NCBI GenBank assembly: GCA_010015805.1
Contig: ML978136.1
Coordinates: 620,001 to 684,000, forward strand
Reading direction: 5' to 3'
From: Rhizodiscina lignyota
Lineage: Eukaryota
DNA length: 64,000 bases
This document shows positions 51,855 through 61,577 of this stretch, in pieces. Both the position numbers and the translations under genes were made by a program. Each line of letters opens with the position of its first letter. Position 1 is the first letter of the stretch. A model generated the notes under the pieces. That model searched no databases, was not told where the DNA came from, and saw only the letters and a program-made list of their open reading frames with translations.

Positions 51855-52766
51855 CTACATGTGCTGAACTTCCACCGGCTGTGCGGGCGCTCCAGCATCT
51901 GCATTCGCGTTGTCTCCCGCGACAGCTTCGACTGGTACATGTGTGACCTGTGGTCTGCGCTCGAAGAGCCATAACCACCAGCCGGGAGGATCAAGAGGCC
52001 GGTGGTTATTGTAGAGGGAAGGGTAGACGTCGTTGAAGAAGTACCAGACTGGCGAACCACAATCAGCTTCAAGCAATTGTGAGTAGATGGGAGTGCGGAA
52101 AACATACCATGGCCCACCACCACGCCCGTAATCTCATCCTTCGGCACAGTTCCATGCATCACAAGATGAATAATCATCATAACCCACGGCAGATACGGCG
52201 CCTTGAACACAAACAAGCCCAAGAAGCTCAGCGTGGTATCCGGGTTCTTCCTGCTCCAGATGTACACGAGCGTGCTGGACAGCGTCTGGCTGAGGAAGGC
52301 GATGGAGAAGAGCGGGGCGATGCACAGGATGGACACGCTGATGAAGAGCAGCATCCACGAGAAGCGGGCGGGTGAACGGCCGGACGACTCCTCGAGCAGG
52401 CGCGCGTAGCGCTGCATGAAGTAGACGTGGAAGAGGAGGTCGAGATTAAATGAGCCGAAGTAGCAGAAGGTGGTGAAGAGGCGCCAGAACTGTGAGAGAG
52501 CTTGTTAGTGCCTGCAGTTTGTTGTTTCCCCCTTCTGGAAGATGGAAAAACTGGAGAGGCATGCATACCTGCTTCTTGTGGAAGACCGCGCGATAGCTGT
52601 AGAAGAGCTGGAAGGGTGAGAGGATCTTCGAGTGGACAAGCAAGCTGATAGCGAGCGTTGCTGCTGTCCAGTACCGCGTACATGGCGGCGTCTCCATTAT
52701 CCATTGCTCGAGCTGGTGCATGATATCACCATCGCCGCCGCCAGGGCCGCCGAGCATGGCTGCCAT
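51855..52766 (-). CDS. DER1: Derlin (ERAD membrane protein), 3 exons
   Basis: ETPPCTRYWTAA..LSPFQLFYS, FWRLFTTFCYFG, RYARLLEES, LVYIWSRKNP..LSFLGLFVFKAPYLPWV, GVVVGH|VWYFFNDVYP. Confidence 0.93.
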
Positions 52767-53349
52767 ATTGTATCTTACTGATTGCAGATTGAGGAGGGAG
52801 TGTCGATGCTGGAAGGAAGGTGACAATGGTGTAAGAAGCTGCTTCTAGCCTACAGTTATATGAATGTCATAAGGCTTGTTCAGTCATCATTCCGCGTGCT
52901 GAACAAAGCCACGGAAAAGGCCAGAGTTGCTTGATGAAGCTCGTGTGTCGTGCTTGACGTAGGGTCCCGCCTGCCGAAGATGTTCCGGCGGACATTAGCG
53001 CAGGATATGGCGCACGGTGCACCGCTCCTGCCGCTGCTCGCGTGTAAACAATGTCCACCATTCCTTCCCTGGCGCCGCTGTCTCCTTCGTGATTCTTAAA
53101 GTTCTGCGCGTCCAAAACCCTCTCCCGGAATCACTCGAAAGCAGTGCGATTTACTTGCATCCAGCCTCGGCTTCCATTGGCTCTGGATCTTCTGGGATTG
53201 CGCACCTCAATACGCGTCTAATCATCCGCTGTCGAAGCATCGCGTCCATACATACTCGCTCAGCTTGATACACGCTTTTCACCACAACAAAGCGCAATCT
53301 GGAAGCAATTGACCGCCTTTGAACCTTATCGCATTCATCCACTATCGTC

Positions 53350-53917
53350 ATGGCTCCCAAACAGCGTCACACTGGCAGTAAGAAACCTCGCGCAGGCCCA
53401 TCATCTGGAGGCGCATCGGCAAGACGAGTCGGCGGCAAGACAGCAGGCAAGACATCTAGAAAGACATTTCCTACTACGCCGACGCGAGGGCGAAACAGCA
53501 ATGTCTACCCCGGCGATCCAGTACCGCGAGGCCAGCGCACTCCAGGCAAACGACGATACAAACCCGGCACGCAGGCGTTGCGTGAGATCCGAAAGTATCA
53601 GCGCAGCACGGATCTGCTGCTGTTGAAGCTGCCGTTCGCGCGACTTGTATGTATCCTCTCCCCAATCAGTCGCAACACAATCATTTTGATACATCACTTA
53701 GGTCAGAGAAGTAGCCATGAACATGGTCCCAACGGGTGAGATGCTGCGCTGGCAATCGCAGGCCATCCAAGCGCTACAAGAAGCGGCTGAAGCGTTCCTC
53801 GTGCATCTCTTCGAAGACACGAATCTCTGCGCCATCCACGCCAAGCGCGTTACCATCATGCAGAAGGACATTCAACTGGCGCGGCGCATCCGCGGCGCTT
53901 GGGGAGGATTGGGTTGA
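53350..53917 (+). CDS. CSE4: Centromeric histone H3 variant CENP-A/Cse4 (intron 53647-53701)
   Basis: Divergent N-terminal tail (no ARTKQTAR), then [98 protein letters not shown]. This has the W-Q substitution, extended loop 1 and the typical Pezizomycotina CenH3 C-terminus. Confidence 0.95.
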
Positions 53918-54475
53918 TCTTGTTGTAGATGGGCGTTTGCTGTATTGTTAACAATGCATGATGCCGTCTCATCGCAAGGCGTTGGTGGGCTTCACGGGTC
54001 AAGCATTGTTCTGCATTGGGTGGCATTTTTTATTAGAAGGACGGAATTCGGTGAATACACCTTTCAGGCCAGTTCGGCTTGCTGTCGTGATAGTAAGAAT
54101 AAGATGATAACTCTGACGGACAAGTCGAATGATGAGTGAGAATCTGAAGCGACGTTGGTCAGCTCTGCGACTAAGAGCTCCGCAAAATCGCTCGCGACTC
54201 TGCATTCGGCATTATGACTGCCTTGTCACATGGAAAGAACCAAGTACGGAGTAGTTCAGACACAATCCTCATGAAGAAGATTAAAGAGTCGTTTAGAATC
54301 ATGGCGAATGGTATTAATATCGAGGTTGGGTATCCCATAAGTCATTCTGATACTCCAAACATGCATCGATCAACAGTCCCCACAGTCCCCTGCAGTCCAA
54401 TCATTTCACATCGCCATCGTCACTTCGTACACTATCCTTCAAACTGCTGGACGCCATTCCATTCGTTATTTCTCC

Positions 54476-55995
54476 TTATGCCTTCACAGCTGCGCCAGTG
54501 CCAGCTCCATTCGGCACACCCGCACCCGCAAGCCTGCTCTTGCTAACCAGCCTGAGTCCACCGAGCAGCAGAATCAACGCTTCCACTCCCAGGATCACAC
54601 CCAGCGTGACCATCGCGCCAATGACGCCGCCGACCGCAGTCGAGATGTGGCTTCCACCACCACTGCTGCTGCTGCCGCTATCGCTGCTGGACGAGCCCGA
54701 CGACGGCGCAAACGCAGCGCACGTACCGGTGAAGTTGCCGCACTTGGTGCACCACTCCTGCGTCGTGGTGACGGAAATGCCGCTCATGTTGCTCACAAAG
54801 TCGGGCCAGCTGACCGTCTCGCTCTTCTGGCCGAATAGTGGGAAGGCCGTGGGCTCGGTCTTGTTGTCGCTCGTGCCATTGTGGTACAGGAAGCGCACGT
54901 TGATCTGATCTTGGCTCGGCGCACCCTTGCTCACGTCCGCAGTCGTGACGAGCTCGAACACCATGCTGCTGGCGTAGTCGGGCACGCCGAAGAAGTTGGG
55001 GGATGCTTCAGTGAGGTTCGCGAGCCCGAAGAAGCTGAAGAAGGTGCCGTACGCGCCGAATTGGATGCCCAGCTTGTTGTTGTGCTTGGCGAAGGAGGTG
55101 ATGCTGCTGTTGAGGTAGTCGAGGATCTCGCCAGCAAGCTGCATGCCTGCGATGGCACGCATGTCATCCGATGCATTGTAGGCGAGGCCGTACTCGTGTG
55201 AGTCAGCGAGGGTTCGTAGTTGGAAGAGGGTTGGAGTGTCGAGGAGATTGGAGGAGTTGATGGTGCGGTTATGGATTTCGGCAACGTTGATCAGGTCGAA
55301 GACTGACGGCGGAGTTAGTACTCGCAGGTTGAATTGGTATCATGAGATGACATACTGGTATAAGCATTCTTGAAGCTGGTTTGAGCAGCACTGAATGAGC
55401 CATTGACCACTGGATCAAGCCTGTCGTAAAAGCTCTGTGTAGATTTCAACAGGCTCTGGTACTGCGCAGAGTTGAAGTAGTTGTTGCTGCTCGTCTCCGC
55501 ATTCGCGCAGCTCGAAGCATCCTGCAACCAGCCATTGTCCTCGCTTCCAGCGCCGCCATTGCTCACGATATTAATTGGAATGATCTGGAATCCGCCCAAT
55601 GGGGGCTCTACGCTGGTGCCGTTCCTCAGCGTCTGGGAGGCTGCGTTTCCGGCTGCTGGGTAGAGACCCTGCACAAAGCCTGCCGCGCTGCTCTGGAGGA
55701 CATTGTCGACCGGCGCGGTGACTGCGAGTTGCGCAAGACGAACGACGTCTGTGTTCAGACCCGAGATCGGGTTCGTAGCATCAGACGCGACATAGCGGCT
55801 GCGATAGTATTGCCCACGTTCGTACACCTCGCGGTAGCCAAGGTCGGTCAGATTGGCGGGAGGAGTGGCTTTAGCTGTGCGGTCGCCGTGACGATGGAAG
55901 ATGTATACACCCAGTACCGTTTCTGATGACTGGGCGACGGTCGTGAGAGGCAGGGCGAGAAGGCTGGAGAGAAAAGCGGCGCTCTTGAAGCCCAT
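54476..55995 (-). CDS. Histidine acid phosphatase-family protein with signal peptide and C-terminal TM (2 exons)
   Basis: Signal peptide MGFKSAAFLSSLLALPL, catalytic motif HRHGDRT, YASSMVFEL, VRFLYHNGT, and TM segment VGGVIGAMVTLGVILGVEALILLLGG. Intron at about 55303-55355. Confidence 0.9.
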
Positions 55996-57271
55996 GATGC
56001 CGATTAGACAATACTCAGACAAAATACAATTGTGATGGCTCAATTGCTCCAGAAACAATTGAGGTGCGCGTCTGAAGATGAAAGAGAGCAGTCACACTTA
56101 TCTCCAGCACACTACTCCGCGGGGATGCAGGCCTTTTGTTCGGCGACCTTGAGAGCTTCTTACTCGTACGAGTGGGGTTCGCGCAGCGGGGCGCCTCTCC
56201 TCGCTCTAGCTTATCAACAACAGCGCCTTAGACGGGCAGGTCGGCGCGCTACTGCACGCTGTGGAAGCATTCCTCAGGGCCAGTCCCATGTGGTTGGAGG
56301 CGACATGCACTGGTCATCGCTATGCTCGCTTGGGCAGGAGAACGGGCGGTGCGGTTTGGCGGCCATCGTCAGATCTTGGTGCGGCATCGGAAGAGCCATC
56401 CTCATACGGAATGTGAACCAGCCAATGCGGAGGTGTCCGCCGGCGAGAACTGCTGATCGCGAAAGTGACAAAATGTTTTACTTGAGACCTGCCCAGAGCG
56501 GCTCTAGATGATCTAATCTTGCACTGGGACAAGTGAGAGTGTCGCTGAAAATTTGACAACTATTTGATAGGACTAGTGAGGTTTTACGGCAAGCAGACTT
56601 ACCCCAAGCAAAAGCAACGAGAGTGGAATGCTATCTAGAATGTAATTGGTGGCGGCGGATGAAACGATCGGGATCTACGAAAGCGCAACTCAGGACGATG
56701 AAATAGTTGAGCGCCACTCCATACGCCGCAACGTTTCAAGACAAGCATAGCTTGGTCTCGTGCAGGAATTGCGAGATCTCTAGAAGCTTGACACCGTTTG
56801 CGATTTGATGCCTGTGCAAGGCTTTAACAGCTATTCTTGGTATTGGCGACATCTTGAAGAAGTTGCGGTGCAATCTTTCATCGTACTCGATTCGCTTCTG
56901 GTTTTCGTTAGTATTCACTTATTTGAAAGATAGAGTTGTAATTACGAGGCCTTCGGTCGAAGCAGCTGAAGCATTCCATGAAAAGTCATCAAGTGTTCAT
57001 TGATCGTGAAAGCCGGCTATCTCCCTGTCATACTAAGCAACGTCGTGTGAGCGCATGACGCAGAGCTTGGTAAAAGCTAACCGACAACATAAAAGAAAAC
57101 CCTGTCCTCAGTGTGTGAAGTGGCCCTCAAAGGAAAGCCGTGAGAGATCCCATCGCCAATAACACGCCAGTGCAGCGCCGAGCATTTCCAAGCAGACCCT
57201 GATGTTCCTCAAGCATTTGACGCCATAACCACCCCAGAGTATGACATCCTTGAGAGCACGCCGATGCTTGT

Positions 57272-57918
57272 TCAGCAAACGCTCTCACCCATCTCGGAGA
57301 AGATTTGGTTTTGAGCCTCGACATTGCTGTCCTCACGCTTAACCCTTTTAACATCTCCCTCCTCGGCGTCGTGGAATTCGTCCTCCTCACTGCCATCATC
57401 CTCGACATCCTCCTCATCAGTAATGTCGCTCTCAGCGTAGCTGCGCTTCGTTCCGCGGCGGAGACTGGAGCGATCGATGGAAGGAGATGAGTCCACATTG
57501 CTAGCAGGGAGATCATCATAGTCGTCTTCGGTCACATCCTCGACGTCAACGAATCCCTCCTCCTTCTTCACCTTATCAATGCCGTTGGCCTTGTCGGGGC
57601 GCTTGACAGAGCCACCGCTGGCGGCGGGGGCACGACGACGCGGAGTGGCAGGGCTTCCACCATTGGCGCCTTTACCATTGGCACCTTTAGCACCAGCAGG
57701 CCCTTTGATTTTACCAATTCGGTGCATGATGGCTTTGGCAGTGCAGTCCGGGCCCATCTCCCGAGCGAGAGCCTCGTAATCGATCTTGACATTATGCACC
57801 TTTATGAACGCGGCGAAGAGCTGAGCTCTGTTAGCGACTGCATGTTCGATAAGGTTCAACCGCTGTCAAATATTAGTTGCCTTACCTTCGCATCCGCCTC
57901 AGCATCCCACTTGACCAT
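57272..57918 (-). CDS. Cluster gene G: Myb/SANT-like domain protein, 193 aa (exons 57918-57886, 57820-57272)
   Basis: MVKWDAEADAK|LFAAFIKVHNVKIDYEALAREMGPDCTAKAIMHRIGKIKG..SPATPRRR..VKKEE, then an acidic tail. Intron GTAAGG..GCTAAC..CAG. Confidence 0.88.
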
Positions 57919-58122
57919 CTTGAAGTGTGCGAAGTGGCGTCTGAGTCAATGTCAGTGACTTCATGAGTGGGGATTAGCAGGGAAGATCTCATTAAGACTT
58001 AGCTCTTGGTAAAGCTCTTGACGATCGTGAGAAGAAGTGGGAAAAGGGGTGGAATTGAGGAACCGTCTTCCAATATTTGAGTGCGTTGTGTGGCAAAGTA
58101 GAAGAAAGAAGCTGGATGCGAA

Positions 58123-58158
58123 GGGAAGAAGTGTGGGAAGAAGTGTGGGAAGAAGTGT
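58123..58158 (+). repeat. 3 x 12-bp tandem repeat (GGGAAGAAGTGT) upstream of gene G
   Basis: gggaagaagtgt gggaagaagtgt gggaagaagtgt; it is pyrimidine-rich on the gene G sense strand. Confidence 0.75.
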
Positions 58159-59499
58159 GAGAGAAGCGGAAGAAGAGGGGAAGCCTGGGAGCGGAAGATA
58201 TAGAGGAGGCAAACACGCAGCAGCACCAACTGCTGAAACATCGAAGGGCAATTAAGCTTTTCGACTCAGAGCAAAGGGGCGAGACTATTTGAGTTGAGAT
58301 ACGTCAAGAGCGCTGCTTCTGAATGAAGCGGTACCAGAGCCTGCCGCCTTGCAATGGAGATCAACCATTCAGGCTGTCCAGTGAATTTGTAGAGACTGCG
58401 GCGATTATCCATTGGGGCGGGCGGCAAAGGCAAAGATTGTGTGAACGCGGGCATGCTCGTATGCACGCTGTGCGATCGTCAGGAACCTGCAGATTGCCAT
58501 AGATCAACATGTGTATTTTCTGGGAGTTGGTGAAGGTGTCGTATGTGGCTGCAGAAGGATCGGGATTTGCTGCATTATCAATTGTGCATGTGAAATGTGA
58601 AATGCCCTAAAATGTGATCATGCGCGAGATAAGTAAAAACCAAAGAGTCCGCCCCATCGATTTCAACGATCCAGCTCAAGTGGTTAACGGCAGTCGTGGT
58701 CCCCACCTCATTAGTGCTTTTTTAATTTTTAAAATTAGTAAGTATATATACGCTTTGCCATTTACTTGCTAATGCCTTCGGGCATTTGGTGAGATTCGGT
58801 GATGTGGTCGAGTTGGGAGACATATCACATAAAGATAATCTTGTGGGTTTAAACGAAAAGAACAGATACAGGTTAACCATTGGCAGTGTAAGAAGAGCTA
58901 TGTTTTTTTTTTCGGCCTCAAGTTCGAACCCCACCCTGGTCGTTCACCTTTTTTTTGGTCGCTAAGAGCAAAGCCTAATATCACATGCCTTACCTACTAT
59001 CTTTCAACCGAACGTAACTGAAGGTACAGTTATTGACAGCTTTTTCAATCTGCCATTTTTAAAGGTCTCCGAAGGACCAGAACGGGATTATTGACATGGT
59101 CATGCCCAAATTTCTTTTGCACTGCTGAAGCGCGGCGGACCAGTTCGCAGCACCCGGGGAAGTGTTAACACATCGCACGTAGACACATATTGGCGAAAGG
59201 GAAGAGAGCATGATTATCGGATTGTGTAGGATACTCATATAGACAAATCAAAAAATGTAGAGAGAATAAGAGCAGATCGATCTCAATGTGACTTGTCACA
59301 TATTCATGAACAGACATCTGCAAGGAAATGGTAAAGGGGTTGGGATCTGGCATCAGTTCGGCATATAGGGGCTGCAAAGTTGATCCATCAAAATCCTCTA
59401 CAATTCCTGTACATGATTGAAGACAATGAATGATTTATCGGCGGAGAGAAGTGCGATTACTACCTGCTGAAGATGAGACGACGTTGGAGGCGAGACGAA

Positions 59500-59551
59500 T
59501 TGGCGCGCGGCAAGCGCCGCGTCTGCATGCGCGACACGTCCAACGCGACTC
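59500..59551. promoter_or_regulatory. MCB-like CGCG-rich elements upstream of ORC2
   Basis: ggcgcgcggc, tgcgcgac and aacgcgac occur within 160 bp of the ORC2 ATG, consistent with G1/S (MBF-type) regulation of a replication gene. Confidence 0.4.
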
Positions 59552-59659
59552 TATTCGATAATGAACTGTATCAAATTCACACTGCTATCTACAAGCCGCA
59601 TTTCACTGAACTTCCTTCTTTCCGGCTTCTTGCCATGTTTCAAACACTGTCTGCAAATC

Positions 59660-61417
59660 ATGAAGCGCAAAAGAGCTGGCAATGATGCTAAAGAAACTCC
59701 CACCAAACGCACTCGCGCCGCAGCCGCAGACGACCTTCTTGATGAAGAGCAAGAACAGGATGAAATCGCCATTCAAACCCCCTCACGACGCAATAGAAGC
59801 GCGAAACCACCTACCATTTCCACGCCCACAAAATCCATTTTAAATGGACGCCCTAAAGCTCCAACTTCCACCGCAGCGACACCACAATCTAAGCGCAAAG
59901 TCCTCTTTGAGACACCCTCGAAGCAACAGGAAGAATTGGAGGATGAGGCTACGCCAACGACCACCCGCAATGCTGACAGGTCAGCAAGGCGCAAAAGTTC
60001 TCGTCGCTTAATTGAGCGAACGCTGGCAGAAGACGGTAGTGAGGATGATGTCTCTGAAGACGACCTCGCGCGTGAGATTCTCAACGAGGACGACGAAGAG
60101 GAAGACGATGAGGAGGAAGAATTGGTGGATGAAGAGACACAGGCAGAGACGGGCACACCTTCAAAACCGCGGCGAGGAAGACCAAATGCCCGGAGACGTA
60201 AACGATCCCCTACGCCGCCTGAAAATCTCCCTCCACACGAGCAGTATTTCTGGCACAACAAGCCGGGCGGGACAAAGACATCAGACAACAAGTTACCTTC
60301 AGATGCGTTGCTGAATCACGATGAATACTTCCAGCGGATGCTGGGTTACGTAGAACCACATCAAAAAGAGCTGGACCATCTTCTTTCCCTCCATGCCCGC
60401 TCATACGAACAGTGGATATTCGAGCTCGAGTGCGACTTTAATATCTGCCTATACGGATACGGCTCAAAGCGCCAGCTTCTGACCGACTTTGCTTCTTACG
60501 TGCACTCGACGCAAGACGATCCGCCCAAAATCATCATCACGAACGGCTACGCCCCTGGAATCACGATTCGCGACATCCTCAATACGATTGCTGGCGTCCT
60601 TCTGCCCAAACATCTCCAGCTTCCGACGCAACCACAAGCTCTCCTTGACATCATCCACGAAGCGCTCTCTGCTCCGGTCGCCCTATCCTCATCCAAGAAA
60701 CGGGCCCATTCCAACCAAACAGCACGAACCACACGAATCCTTCTCCTCATCAACTCCATCGACTCCTCCTCCCTCCGCCGACCCACCGTCCAATCCCTCC
60801 TCGCATCTCTCTCATCTCATCCGCAAATCTCCCTCCTCGCGACCGCCGATACGCTCAACTTCCCTCTCCTCTGGGACACATCCCTCCGCAGCACTTTCCG
60901 CTTTCTCTTCCACGACTGTACGACCTTCGTCCCTTACACCGCCGAGATTGAAGTTGTCGAGTCAGTCAACGAGCTGCTGGGCAGAAGCAGTCGACGCATC
61001 GGCGGCAAGGACGGCGTCGCGTTCGTGCTACGCAGTCTGCCTGCGAATGCGCGAGCGCTGTTCCGCGTGCTGGTTGCAGAGCAGGTCGCTGCGGCTGCGG
61101 AGGGCGATGACTTTGGTGGGGAAGAGGGTCAGGCCGGTGCGGGCGCGGATATGGATGAGGACAGACTGGCACCAAGTTCTTCGAGAAGGCCTCTCGATGC
61201 TGGAGTGGCATCGGAAGGAGTGGAGTATAGGTTGCTGTACCGCAAGGCGCATGAGGAGCTGATATGTACAAACGAAAACGGTTTCAGAACTCTTCTGAAA
61301 GAATTTTTTGACCATCAGATGGTAGAGAGCCGGAGGGATACGCTTGGGAGTGAGAGACTTGTCGTACCATTCCGGAAGGAGGAATTAGAGGGACTGCTGG
61401 AAGAGCTCGTTGATTGA
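59660..61417 (+). CDS. ORC2: Origin recognition complex subunit 2
   Basis: NADRSARRKS, AT-hook-like KPRRGRP, QWIFELECDFNICLYGYGSKR, INSIDS..LR, FLFHDCTTFVPY, VLRSLPANARALF and FRTLLKEFFDHQM. Confidence 0.94.
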   Translation: MKRKRAGNDAKETPTKRTRAAAADDLLDEEQEQDEIAIQTPSRRNRSAKPPTISTPTKSILNGRPKAPTSTAATPQSKRKVLFETPSKQQEELEDEATPTTTRNADRSARRKSSRRLIERTLAEDGSEDDVSEDDLAREILNEDDEEEDDEEEELVDEETQAETGTPSKPRRGRPNARRRKRSPTPPENLPPHEQYFWHNKPGGTKTSDNKLPSDALLNHDEYFQRMLGYVEPHQKELDHLLSLHARSYEQWIFELECDFNICLYGYGSKRQLLTDFASYVHSTQDDPPKIIITNGYAPGITIRDILNTIAGVLLPKHLQLPTQPQALLDIIHEALSAPVALSSSKKRAHSNQTARTTRILLLINSIDSSSLRRPTVQSLLASLSSHPQISLLATADTLNFPLLWDTSLRSTFRFLFHDCTTFVPYTAEIEVVESVNELLGRSSRRIGGKDGVAFVLRSLPANARALFRVLVAEQVAAAAEGDDFGGEEGQAGAGADMDEDRLAPSSSRRPLDAGVASEGVEYRLLYRKAHEELICTNENGFRTLLKEFFDHQMVESRRDTLGSERLVVPFRKEELEGLLEELVD

Positions 61418-61577
61418 GAAGAGAAGAAGAAACTCGACGTCTTATGAGAGTCGTTATTCTACGCTAACCAATATACGGCTTTGAAAGTAGTTCGTACATA
61501 TACGTATGCCAAACGCTGCCAGTGGTATCTCCCAGTCTATCCGAATCCGGATGCATGTGCAGATTTAAGACGAAGCA

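Noticed and set aside
53350..53917. Considered as canonical histone H3
   Set aside because: It lacks the conserved H3 N-terminal tail and has CenH3-diagnostic substitutions, so it is called CENP-A.
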